NCBI GenBank assembly: GCA_965644295.1
Contig: CBFFRP010000075.1
Location: 125,324 to 189,323, forward strand
DNA from: Paraphysomonas bandaiensis
Lineage: Eukaryota > Protista > Chrysophyceae
DNA: 64,000 nt
Direction: 5' to 3'
The position numbers and the translations under genes are program-made. This document shows positions 1 through 11,509 of this stretch, in pieces (the first letter of the stretch is position 1; each line of letters starts with the position of its first letter). The notes under the pieces are model-generated. The model made no database searches, was not told the DNA's origin, and saw only the letters and a program-made list of their open reading frames with translations.

Positions 1-707
1 GATACACACCGCCGCCGAGACATACGGGGACATCGACGAGAGATTTGTTGGTGATTTCGGGGTAGGGACGGGTATGTTGGTAAGAGAATGAGGCGCATAT
101 ACTGTGCTGTCTGTCTTGACTCGTCTTCTCCTTATCAGAGCATAGCCTCCAGATTGATGGGTGCGTATCATGTGGTTGGAGTAGATGTCGATCAAGAAGC
201 TCTGGATACTGCATGGGTAAATTTAAAAAAGAATGAAATAGATTGTGTAGATCTTATTCAGAGTGATGTTCAATCTATATCTTTCTCCTGGGGTAAATGC
301 ATCGACTGCGTACATTTGTCTTATGTAATGATTGCGTAAATAGATTTCGACACAGTCGTAATGAATCCTCCGTTCGGAACAAGAAATACAGGAATAGATA
401 CACTTTTTATGTGCAAGGCAATGGAGGTATGGAACTATTCTACTGCGCATATTTTGTTTTAATACCCCCTCAGAGCTCATCTGTAGTGTACTCCCTACAC
501 AAGACTAGTACTAGACCGGTATGCTCATTAGTCCTGGTCATTACATAATAATTGTCTTTACAGCATTTTTTGAAATTGGCTGAGAGGAATGGCTGGACAC
601 TGGAAGTTCTCGCGGAAATGCGGTATGATATACCACGAACACACAAGTTTCACAAACAGAAATCGAAGGACATTGAAGTGGACCTATACAGAGTCTCGCA
701 CGTGTAG
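1..707 (+). CDS. METTL5: rRNA N6-adenosine methyltransferase METTL5 (5' truncated by window, at least 5 exons)
   Basis: Splicing four GT-AG introns (~80-138, ~293-343, ~428-473, ~518-563) gives ...YGDIDERFVGDFGVGTGML-SIAS..VGVDVD..DFDTVVMNPPFGTRN..VYSLHKTSTR..RYDIPRTHKFHKQKSKDIEVDLYR*. SAM-binding motif, NPPF catalytic motif and C-terminal signature match METTL5. Confidence 0.93.
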
Positions 708-1069
708 TTGAGAATAGAATAAATCGTATATTTTCATTCTATTGTTAATACTTCGTACTATGTGGTAGTTATAACATGTATCCGCTGTAGTTTATAGTAA
801 TTTTCTTAAGATTCCTTCCATACAATGTTACAAACTTAACAAGGTCTGATGAGGGACAAGCCCTTTTTACTTTTTACCCCCCAACCCCCAAGGGGGCTTT
901 TCTCCTTGATAATCTATCCTTAATATAATGATATTGCTTAGAAGTCCCAAGACACGCAGGAGTCCCAACATACCCCCTCGTCCATAGTTCAAGAACACTT
1001 GACTCACTGATGCAGAATCCTCCTCCATAGAGTCCTCCTGAGTGATCCTTCTGTACTTCAAGGACTGAC

Positions 1070-1217
1070 GCCGCAAGCACAAATAGCTTATGTAGCGTTA
1101 AACTGTAGGATATGAGAATTTGTATACTACTAGTCTAGCTTGACTAGTCTTCATCACCTAACTACTTATATCTGGTGTCGATTCTTGACGCCTACTGCTA
1201 AGAATAAGATATTCACA
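1070..1217 (+). mobile_element. Retroelement 3' tail copy (LINE/SINE tail family)
   Basis: GCCGCAAGCAC...GTAGCGTTAAA..GTAGGA...GACGCCTACTGCTAA..AAGATATTCAC aligns with 28630-28792 and with the reverse complement of 1756-1915. Confidence 0.7.
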
Positions 1218-1755
1218 CACAGTCTGTAATTGTGATTGCTGTTTTAATCTGAGTAGCGTTGATAACGACTACAACATCAATGATATTACGTTGCAGTGAA
1301 TGCTCTGAAATGACTTTATCGTTTTCTTTATTGATAACATGTGCCTAGTGCCTAATTACTGTGAGTCATCAAAAAACTCTGGCTTGAGGTACATGTGAAT
1401 ACTAATTACCTGCTCTTTCTAACAACTATCAATACTCAGAAGTAATTCTCTTTTAGCAGTTTATAGCCGGTACCACTATGTGTATGGATACACAGCAAGA
1501 AACGACAAGGTATTCGGCTACTAATTTGGGGAAAAATTATTGCAATATATTAAAATTTCAAATACAATCATTGCAACAGTGGGAAAATAAAAGATTTGCT
1601 ACAACAATTGTTACAATATATTGTTTCTGTTGGAATACGTATGGTTCTCTAAGATAGTACTGTAGAATACGTTAAATGTTAAATACACTGTGAAAAACAG
1701 TAATACGTATAGTCAAAGATGCTATATAGCTATAACTGTGAAACTGAAGTACTAT

Positions 1756-2250
1756 ATTGAATGTCTTTTTATTTAGCAATAGGCGTTAAAAACCCGTTCC
1801 GATATAGCGGCTAGTTGAATACTAGTCTACTAGTTAGACCTCTACCCATAACTAATCAGCACAAATTCTATTATCCTACTATTTAACGCTACAGAAGCTG
1901 CATGTGCGTCGCCGCAAGCACCAAGGTGCAACCACTTCCGTTCTTAATGTTGTTTGTGAGTTCGCCCTGCTCGTGTGTCTGAGGACTCACTGGCGCGTGT
2001 TGTCCGGGGGTCTCCCCTTGGGATACGGTTCCGCCTGACTCTGAGGTACCGGGTTCTGTATTAAGGTCCTGAGTGTACCGAGCACTAGATGTGTGGACTG
2101 AGAGGTTGATGGTGTGGTGGAATGTGGCGGTGTCGCCATGCACCGTTTGGGCGTTGGGCATAGGTGGAGTTGCCGGAGACGTCGTCGCCGTTGTCTAGTA
2201 CTATACCATGAAGATTCAAGATACGGAAGTTGAGCAGTGGTTGACATGAA
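1756..2250 (-). mobile_element. 5'-truncated LINE fragment: ORF2 end plus complete 3' UTR
   Basis: Minus-strand ORF contains PYPKGRPPD near its end, like 49261-49288 (PKARPPD*). It is followed by the conserved GGTTGCACC..GGTGCTTGCGGCGACGCAC module and the tail TAACGCCTATTGCTAAA..AAGACATTCAAT. Confidence 0.7.
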
Positions 2251-2699
2251 CGAAATAATTTATCATGTTGTTGACATGTGTTACATGAGGACAACACACA
2301 CAATGTATACAATTATAATAACATAATCTATCAAGTTTGACTAACTTAAACTCTCTTAAAACGATCTTCATTGTCTGAAAATGGTCAATAGTTTCCTATC
2401 CCTGCTCACACGGCAAGTTCTAGAAAACGGTGTTCTACGGTATTTTATGTTTTACTGCTGAACTCTTAGAACACGCTTTCTGTCGTGTGATAAATTTCCT
2501 CCACGTACTTACTGGATACTGGTGGGAGTCGCTGTAGCAATTATAATATATATCACGGATTAAAGTACACTAAGGTGTACGCAAGTTTAAAAGTCTAAAC
2601 TGTCCGATTGCATATAAAAACATACACTAATTATCGATGAGCTTATTTCAGAAGACAATACGGCTTGAACTACTATCAACTATCAAGTTCTGAGTTATG

Positions 2700-4051
2700 T
2701 CAATAAAATGCATTATTTGTCGCAGCATTTAATCGCTCCAGAGTACTCTTCTGCTGTAATTTTTGTATTGCAGCATTTTGCAGCCTGCTTCGTGGTAATT
2801 GTCGTTTCTTCACTTTGTCATAACGAGCATTGATTGGAGTAGGGTGAGATATTTCTGACGTATTCTGACTATATATAAATGAAGTGTTAGGCCACACCAA
2901 AATGAAACCATTTCTTCCACAAGGTGCTCGTGTGGAATGAAGGCCCATGAGATAATCATCCGGAGTAGTTGTCCAGTGCTTTTCTTTTCTAAAACCAACT
3001 AATAAAACAGAACTATTGGATGCTGCGACCGTTGCATCAAACACACCACTATTGTTGAAGTGCACTGTCTGATCTGCCTCTGTGTAGTATACGTGGGTGA
3101 TGAGTCGTGGAAAAGGAAAGAGAAGGGACCCATATTTCGCACGAGTGTGTTTTAGTTGAGTCGATTGATCGCATAAGCCACGTAATTCAATAGGAAGGGA
3201 GACTTTACTCTGCGAGGCGTACATACAGTTGTTCTGACGCACGAATAATTGTCCCCATGCCAGTAAGTAGAATGGAAGTGTCGCGGGCTTCGGCACGTTG
3301 AATTGCTTTATAGCTACAAACGGTGCTATATTGGAATACATGCCAATCTACATGCCATCAATATGTGCGTCAAGAAAGTAACATTATAGAAAGTCTCAGT
3401 TACCATATTCTGAAGGATATCCTCGTCACCAGAGCTGGATACACCTATCACAACTCGCCCAAAATACTTCAACGATGAGCACACAGTAGCTATACATTGC
3501 AGGGCCTTGGTCGTCGCATTAACCAACGAATTACCTTGACCAATAGAGTGAACCTTCAAATCTTTCGAAACTCCAGGAGGGCGACCGCTATAAAATGGTA
3601 TTAGAGCAATAAAGTTTGGCCGCACAGAAACATTCAACTCTGTGCACTCGCCCTGTGCTGCAGCAGTGGAGTATGCGTGAGTCAGAGATTCAGCAATGTC
3701 GTAGCCTCTATGCCTCATGACAGAATGCTCGAATGCACTCATGTGGTTGATATAATACAGATGCGAGTCGGATAACTGAAAAGTGTGTTCTGTTCGCGAT
3801 ATCAAAGAAAAAAACGCCTCCTCCATTTTGAGAGTTGACGTGCTAAATCGAGCTTTCTGGTACAAAGCGGTGTGAGCCAACCTACAGAGGGCGCTGTTAA
3901 CATACGCTGACATGTTAGGGAATACAAACCAAGATGCAGTGTACGGACACGCTATACCACCAACAGAGTTCAGTTCTATCGGTGCCACATCAGCCACCAA
4001 TGCCTCCATTAAGAGGAGTAGGGCTACCCTCAGGACCGTTCCATGAGGCAT
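2700..4051 (-). CDS. Secreted or type II membrane protein of unknown function, possible divergent GT-A glycosyltransferase (paralog of 32996-34288)
   Basis: Hydrophobic N-terminus; one GT-AG intron near 3351-3402. Shares CPYTASW, IPFYxGRPP, DLKVxSxGQGNSLV, KPAxLPFxL and THVYYTExDQ with 32996-34288. Confidence 0.75.
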
Positions 4052-4422
4052 GACACGATAATCAGGAGTGCAGGAGCGCCTCCTCCACACTCAACCGTCG
4101 CCCCTGCTAGTCTGGAAGTGAGTGTTGGACTTATCAGGAAGGAAATCGCGATATATCGCGAGTGGGTGTACATACATCATCATCAGCACGTACTTTTTAT
4201 TGTATTTTCACTTTCCACAACTGCAGCAGAATACCAAACACGTTGTTGAATCTGAATCTGTAATTGGGGTAATCAGGACGTCTCTTCTGTGTGCAATGCA
4301 TGTGCAAGTCTGCGTGTTTGTGCATAGCACAGCTGGGGCTTGTATTTCTAAGGTGTGCATTTCCACTCGACAACCATAACACATATTGAACATAGCATTG
4401 CCAGGTCTGACACTATTGAAAC

Positions 4423-5528
4423 ATGATCCGAACTGTTATTGGAATTGCTGCTATGATGGCCACCGCGTCAGGCCGGCCGATCACTCTGTCAGAGATGAAT
4501 ATCGACCCCTCTGGCGTCTCTGTTAGTGGTCTCTCTGCTGGGGCTTTTATGGCCGTACAAATGCACGTTGCCTATAGTTCCACTATCAATGGCAGCGCTA
4601 TATTTGCAGGGGGGCCTTTTTATTGTGCGCAGGATAGCCTCATGATTGCGGAAGGTATTGATAGAGCTCTTGTTTGTGTGTTGCTGATATCTAGTTATAT
4701 TTAGAGCAGTGTATGTACGCCCTCATGGGAGGACCGGCCACGAGCCGCCTTGTAACGTATACTAATTCTCAGGCCTCTTCCGGACATATTGATGAGACAA
4801 GCAATTTGGCGGACGATCGCGTGTACTTGTTCAGCGGAAAGGATGATAGTGTTGTGAACCCCAAGGTTATGCACGCGTTGGAAGACTACTATTCAACTTA
4901 CATGGACTCATCTAATATTGAGTCTGAGTTTACACTTAAAGCTCAGCATTGTTTACCTACTATGAACTTTGGTGAAGCCTGTGATATTAAGAAGTCTCCT
5001 TTCATCGGCAAGTGCAACTACGACGGTGCAGGCATTGCTCTGAACCAAATCTACGGTCCAGGACTTACAGAGGGTAATATCATATAAGAGCTCTTAGTGA
5101 AATTACTAATTTTTTATCTGGTTTTGATTGTTTGAGCAGGAAAAGCCGTTTCCGGTAATTTGCAGGAGTTTGACCAGACTGATTTCTTTTCTGGCCCTGG
5201 TACTTCCCTCGATTCTACAGGGTACATATACATCCCTACTGCATGTGCAGAGGGTGCTACTTGCAAACTTCACATGTCTTTCCATGGTTGTGAACAAGGA
5301 CAAAGCTATATTGGTAATGAGTATGCTGCTGACACAGGGTTCAACTCGTGGGCCGAAGCGAATAATATTATTGTTGTGTACCCATATGCCGTGAAAGATT
5401 TATCTCTTGGCAATGGAAATGGTTGCTTTGATTGGTGGGGATACACCAATGCGGACTACTCTATTAAGAGTGGTGTTCAGATGGCTTTCTCGAAAGCTAT
5501 AATCGATACTCTAATGGGTACTGCCTAA
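4423..5528 (+). CDS. Secreted polyhydroxybutyrate depolymerase-like esterase (3 exons)
   Basis: Signal peptide; lipase box SGLSAG; AGGPFYCA; LFSGKDDSVV; LHMSFHGCEQ; GFNSWAEANNIIVVYP; NGCFDWWGY. These motifs are typical of extracellular PHB depolymerases. GT-AG introns near 4655-4704 and 5073-5139. Confidence 0.88.
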
Positions 5529-5675
5529 TTGCCGTTTTCAATTATGATAATGGCGTAAATCGAAAGGATGTAATATTGATTAGTCCTTTTCGAACCATGG
5601 TGATAACATTGAATGATATATAGCAAAAAATATCATACTCATTACATGCAGTTGACGCTTTTCGTCTGTGTTAAG

Positions 5676-5770
5676 GAAGCAGAGTATATCTTAGTTGTGT
5701 CGCGAATTTGAAGCATTATTGTGTATTTCTTGTTTGCTTCATCACGGAAGGATTATAAATAATACGAAAG
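5676..5770 (+). repeat. Dispersed ~95-bp repeat (second copy 8958-9053)
   Basis: GAAGCAGAG.ATATCTT..TTGT.TCGCGA.TTT.AAGCATTATT...CTTCATCAC.GAA.GATTATAAATAAT is present at both positions. Confidence 0.7.
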
Positions 5771-5924
5771 ATTTGAATTATTAGTGTGCTGACTCGAACA
5801 TTTAGATATTATACAGATACTATATAACGAAGTCTGGATATGGTTTGACACCATTTTATTGTGTTTAGAAAATCAGACTTGGCTAGACTACCCAACTGAA
5901 GGCAATCTATTTCCGTACCAATAA

Positions 5925-6020
5925 ATTATTAATTATTATTGCTTTAATTGAAAATTGAGACAGGAAGTAATAATTGCAATTATAATTGACTACAACCTGT
6001 ATCAATTAATTGTTGACAAT
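5925..6020 (+). mobile_element. Degenerate subterminal fragment of the CAGGGCTG hAT derivative family
   Basis: AATTGAGACAG..GTAATAATTGCAA..ATAATTG.CTACAACC matches 55612-55660 and the reverse complement of 38420-38480. Confidence 0.6.
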
Positions 6021-6579
6021 TATTTGATACATTGCCCTGTTATTGCGTTATTGCTTCTGTGTTCCACAATAAATTTAGCGTCGGGTCCTATATTTTACAA
6101 GTTCTACGAAAGACGTTTTGTAATTTATATATCACTCAGATCGTTGAAGAAAAGTGGAATTGAGATATATTATTATTGCATAGACAGTTGTGTGATACTG
6201 CATATATATAATGTATAATATATTGCCAACATATTTTACAGTTCTACATTCTACAGTTTTTAGCAATTACTGTAAAACTGTGGTATCTTAAATCATCACG
6301 AGTTACGACACTTCAGTTTACAATATATTATGTTGTATTTAGGCTACACACTACAGTTTTATTTTCACATTGAATTTCACGAATGAAATAGTTCTACCTT
6401 CTTGTGGGGAACATGCGTATTTCAATGCACAATACATATATATTATTTTATCAAATACGCGTTTTATATTGCGATCTTATTTTACACGATGCAGGTATCT
6501 AGTATATATTTTATTTATATTGCTCACAGTACAACGTAATGACTTGTACTAGTCATATCAAACTTTTCGTAATTGATAT

Positions 6580-7010
6580 CTGCCCCATTCCGAGAGCGTA
6601 CCCTAGTAAATTGCTAGTGTTGTCTAGTTGTCTAGAGGCTAAGAGTAACGTATAGATTGTTAATAGAATCTCAGTGCATTCACAGGCCCACCACGACCAA
6701 ACCGCCAATACTAAATCTCCTCCAGGTCTCCTCCACCCCCAGACATCCACGAGCCAAAAACCCCCCTCACGCACTCCCACCACGCACAAAAAACAAGTGT
6801 TCATCACATTCTCCACTCGGCCCCCACCACCTACACCGCGCTCCTATCCTCCATACCACACAAACCCGTCTCGCCTCGTGACTCCGAAGCGCATATAGTC
6901 CCCACCTCTAATACAACAGAGGTGTTCTCTAAAGGTCGCCCCTCTGACTAAATGCATTAGCCGGAACAGTTGCACCATGGTGCTCGCAGCAATGCATAAG
7001 CAGTTCTGGG
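6580..7010 (+). mobile_element. Degenerate LINE 3' fragment
   Basis: C/A-rich sequence ending TCTAAAGGTCGCCCCTCTGACTAA (SKGRPSD*), followed by the 3' module TTGCACCATGGTGCTCGCAGCAATGCATAAGCAG. Confidence 0.65.
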
Positions 7011-9128
7011 GCGCTAACAGATAGAGGGCGATATCGTTTGCTACCTACAATAGCACTGGAATATGAAGAATTGTAGATGTGTGTAGATTAACAATATTAC
7101 TGATGTTGTTATTCATGCACCAAAACTGCGGTATACTGTATATTAGCTTTCACTACTGTATATCAGACTAGTAAAAAGCGCCAACACAACTAATAATCAG
7201 ACTTTATTATGGAAGAGTGATGATGTGTAGTCTGTTATTTCAAAGATTGTTTTGCGTCAACTCTAGACATACATTCCTCTTACGAAGTTCATTTAAAGTT
7301 ACAGCATTAACTTTCGTTTAAATATTTTTGATTTATTCATCATTTATTTGCAATAATGAAGGTAGCTGAATCGTTGGTCAGCTGTGCCGTTCTCTTCATC
7401 GTTATAGTATTAGTTGCTAACTCTAACAGCACCTCTTTCATATCTGTCGCATTAATCTTCTCGTCTGTTTAGATTTCATAACTGATGATTCATATATATG
7501 CAAAAAATTAGATAGTATTAAGAAACGTTTGGTATGATGTAGTTACTATATTATGCACTGTTAATAATATTTTTACAATACAGCAAGAAATATTGTTCCC
7601 TACTAGACCTGTGTAAAATCACCCAGGGCTATAAACCGATGTATACTTTCTTAAATAATAAATGGTCACTATTATCAATAAAATGATTATATAACCAATA
7701 GCCAACCTATCATTATAATATAGATATTGCCCATTCCGAGGGCGTGTCATAGTGTCTCGCTGGTATAACACCTATAACAACAAGATATAACACTGATTCT
7801 ACCACCCGCTCCCGTGCACCAACGTTGCTGACCGCATATAGATCACGCGCAGATTCTGTTGCCGCCCCACCCGTGTTCACCTTTGCTAAGATTACAGGGA
7901 TTTTTCATAATAACTATGCACGACTTTTATATTAGTAATGCGCGCAGATTCTAGTAGAACCATATATATACCTTTCCATTACCTAACAATGTTTACGCGG
8001 AGCTTCACGTGATCATACTCAGTATAGGTCTAGTGTGTCATTTTGGCAGCCCCCCTCCCCTAAAATGCGCGGAGTTTCTTGTTATCCCATATAGACTATG
8101 CAAGTATAGTGTAGATCCAGCTAGAGCTTGCTTAATGCTGATACACAAAGAATGTGTTGGCTTGGTTCGGTAATGTGCGTTGTCGTCTGTGTGCTGGGTG
8201 TGAGAGCTTGGATATGGCGCCTTCCTCAGTCCTTAAGCTTCTTGTTCTCCACACTGGAACATGAAGATCTTCTTGCAAGGCTTCTTAATGGTTAGTAGCA
8301 TCCCACAATATGTAATTGGCTCGTAGGAATAGCAACAATTTTCTAGACGATATGGATTTCATGATTTGACGCTCAGGTGTCAAAATAATATAATCAACTA
8401 TGCATTAGACTAAGGAGCCTCTCAACAACATTAGATTGTATTTTGATATGAAGCAAGCAGAGGTACTAAGTCTAGCTCTCTTGGTGACCACGGCGCTGCT
8501 CAGGAATGTTTGGGTCATTTTTAGGTTCTAATTCTTCATCAGTGCTTAATGATATCTTCCCCTTCACGTATGATGGTATTTCTGAAGAAGTGATGGTGTC
8601 TCTGAAATGATGGCTTGGAGTTAGTTTCGGGATGTCGTTAGTGAATAGACATGATAAGTCCATATGGTGGAGCGGACTAATCAAGAGACATTTCGTTTCC
8701 TCACATAGCAAAAGATTACAAAATTGGAGTGACCCAGGGTGCTATTTGCTGATACAGTTTATCCTGAATAGTATAGTTTCGAGTTAGACAGACACGACTT
8801 TCACTTTGAGGTTATACTTTGGAACTATTTTCGTCTATCTGAGAATCCTTCATAATTCACTCAATATCAACAAACACGTCGGAACAACTCACTCAAAAAT
8901 ATTAGAGTTGTGTGATACGTGATACAGGATACCTGTGTGATATACAAGGCTGCAGAGAAGCAGAGAATATCTTTTTTGTATCGCGATTTTAAAGCATTAT
9001 TATTAAGTATATTTATTTTCTTCATCACCGAAAGATTATAAATAATTCTAAAACTAGCAATGGAATATACACATGCGAATATCTAATAATATGATTTAAG
9101 TTTTTACTCACGTGTTAGCGATAGTATT

Positions 9129-10078
9129 TCACAGATACCATATCATGCCTTCTATTCCCACCGCCACACCAATATTAGCAAGTGAATTAATCAGTTCTGG
9201 ATCTTTTCTCCATAGTCGATTTGAGTGGTTTAAATGAATCAATGTGACATCACCAGATTTTTTACTATTCGTTTCAGTTTCGGCGTAGCGGAGGCACTGT
9301 ATTATATCAGTAGTTTGTGTAACTCTAGGGTGAGGAATTTTCGTCATATCACGACCAGGCAATTCGTTGTCATCATAAAATGTTGCATCAAGTAATAAAA
9401 ACTCATGCTGACCGGCCAACTCTGATAGCGTGACTTTCATGTTGTCCCAGCCATCGACGTCCGGACAATAAAATAATTTGTACGACGGCCCACAAAGAGT
9501 GAAAGCAAACGTATCAGTAAAGTCGGCTCTATGGGGTACAATTCTAGCTATAACGCTTACATTCGATGATAGTACAACCTTCTCATTATTAGACAGTTTA
9601 ATCGGATGAAAATTCTGATTTTGGTACAAAACTCTCCACGGTTCGTTTTGTGAGAGGAACTGATGCATGCTGTCTGATGCGAACAGAGGTACCCGAGAAG
9701 AGTTTTGTCCTTCTTTTCCAAAGTACAGTATTCCCGGGTAATGCCCAGCATGTGCGTGAGTCAAAAATATCCCTATGAAACACACAGAGCATGAGGGCGA
9801 TATAGTCTGCACACACACAACTGAACCCTCTTGCCTGCTAACTCAAAATCAACCAACTTTGACGCATGTTTCGCCCACTGCTGATTCAACTGAGGAGAAG
9901 CGTCGAACAACCACCACTGCTTGTTCTCATAGTCCAATAGAGCCATACTGACAGCACTGTCTGCAGCTACCACACCCTCATACACTAGACGGCAGTTAGC
10001 ACACCTGCAACCCACTTGAGGGAAACCGCCGTCCTGAGATGCTCCGAGTAATATCACCTCCACTGATGTGCTTGCCAT
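9129..10078 (-). CDS. PqqB-like metallo-beta-lactamase-fold hydrolase (2 exons, GC-AG intron 9773-9834)
   Basis: VILLGASQDGGFPQVGCRCANC; LFDASP; spliced ELAG|IFLTHAHAGHYPG; VPHR; LLDATFYDDNELPGRDMTKIPHP; IHLNHSN. Matches the PqqB/PhnP-like family. Confidence 0.85.
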
Positions 10079-10193
10079 GAGCTATGCTGTTGTTAGTATG
10101 CCATGCATGTGGATCACAGCGCTGCAGGATATGCAGCTGCAGAGCATAGACGACAATGATACGCACATCCCACGTGCGTGGCTGATGCAGTCA

Positions 10194-10428
10194 GTACCGT
10201 ACCCCTGTATATGTACTCCTGTACCTGTACCCCTGTATATGTACTCCTGTACCTGTACCCCTGTATATGTACCCCTGTACCTGTACTCCTGTACCTGTAC
10301 CTGTATATGTACTCCTGTACCTGTACCCCTGTACCTGTACTCCTGTACCTGTACCCCTGTACCTGTACTCCTGTTCCTGTACTCCTGTACCTGTACCCCT
10401 GTACCTGTACCCCTGTACCTGTACTCCT
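10194..10428. repeat. Mixed-unit GTAC minisatellite (GTACCT / GTACTCCT / GTACCCCT / GTATAT)
   Basis: About 29 GTAC cores counted at mostly 6-8 nt spacing, between two divergent start codons. Confidence 0.95.
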
Positions 10429-10541
10429 CTGTGTGGCACATACACACAGCATCGTCAACATCCACCAGACTGCACCGGTACACTCCACCAGGCTGCAGAT
10501 ACACATATATATGGTGTAAGATAAGTCGATATCCCTCTCAC

Positions 10542-11509
10542 ATGTCTGTCGACGAAAAGAAACCCCAGCCAAAGCCCCCTCTGGAGTGCATGGTGTGCGG
10601 TAAGCTGTTTCCTCGAGGGGCTCTTGATCTAGCGCGTCATCAGACTGCTCTCACTCTGCTGCATCGAGTCAGCGACAAGAAGAGCAGCACTTTCAAATAT
10701 GGATGTCGACACTGTGGGACATTCTTTACATCAGAGGAACACATGTCGATGCACTCGAGGATGTCTTCATGTGGCAAGGAGAGGTCAGGGTTTAAGGTGC
10801 CTGATGATGAGTGTATAGTGTGTGGAGAGCCTCTGCCGCACGGGACTAATGCCGCCGCTGAACACGAGGCTCAGTTCCCGAAGCACATATACTCCAATAG
10901 CAAAAGACTGTCTCTACAGTATATATGCATTAAATGCGGACTTTACTTTCCTTCCGAAGAAATTGTTGAGCAGCATAGCAACGAATCCTTTTGTGCACGA
11001 TTTGGGAAAAAGAGAACTGCAAGTGATAGAAAACACACACCTTCAAAAGAATCAACAGAGAGAGCGTATGAGCCAAGCAGTAAGCGCCCGAAACCCTCCC
11101 CCGTCGCGGCCACCCAACCTGCAGCTCCTGTCGATACCACTTCAGGGCCGCAGACAGTCACGAGGAAAGCTAAGAAGGTCGGGTACAAGGGATCAAACGC
11201 TGCCGCGATACAAAGTCTAAGACGAACAAAGAGAGTAAGGGCATTGATTCCTGCAGGTGCCAACTCGAATTTTTTATTGTTAGTCTTAATAGCTGTGTAG
11301 ACCGCAAGACTTTATATGCCATATGCTCCCTGTTGGCTGACAAGGAAGCTATGCTCAAGGAACCCGATCCTCCAAGTGCTGAGAATATCATTGATCGGAT
11401 ACAGGAGTCAAAGAAGCCATTAATCGAGAGACTGAAGGAGTAAGATGCTGATCATAAAGTTTTTTATGTTGACTAACCACCTGTCAGGGTTCTAAACCAC
11501 GACTGCTAG
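10542..11509 (+). CDS. Multi zinc-finger protein (C2H2/C2HC-like), probably nuclear
   Basis: Starts MSVDEKKP. Four CxxC...H units (CMVC, CRHC..H...C, CIVC, CIKC..H...C) and a basic NLS-like tail. GT-AG introns ~11257-11300 and ~11440-11487. Confidence 0.75.

Noticed and set aside
844-870. CTGATGAG followed by a small hairpin, resembling a hammerhead ribozyme core
   Set aside because: The stem is followed by TTTT rather than the required GAAA, and no stems I or III are evident.
8150-8900. Coding-like minus-strand fragments (ORF 8472-8711) and a similar fragment at 56861-57100
   Set aside because: Interrupted by stops with no recognisable motif; probably decayed mobile DNA but not assignable.
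10194-10428. CRISPR-like or telomeric array
   Set aside because: No unique spacers, no cas genes, eukaryotic context, and the units are not telomere repeats.
10068-10572. Overlapping ORFs with YRYRGTGTGVQVQ / CTCTPVPV repeats
   Set aside because: Translations of the stop-free GTAC minisatellite; the zinc-finger gene more plausibly starts at 10542.
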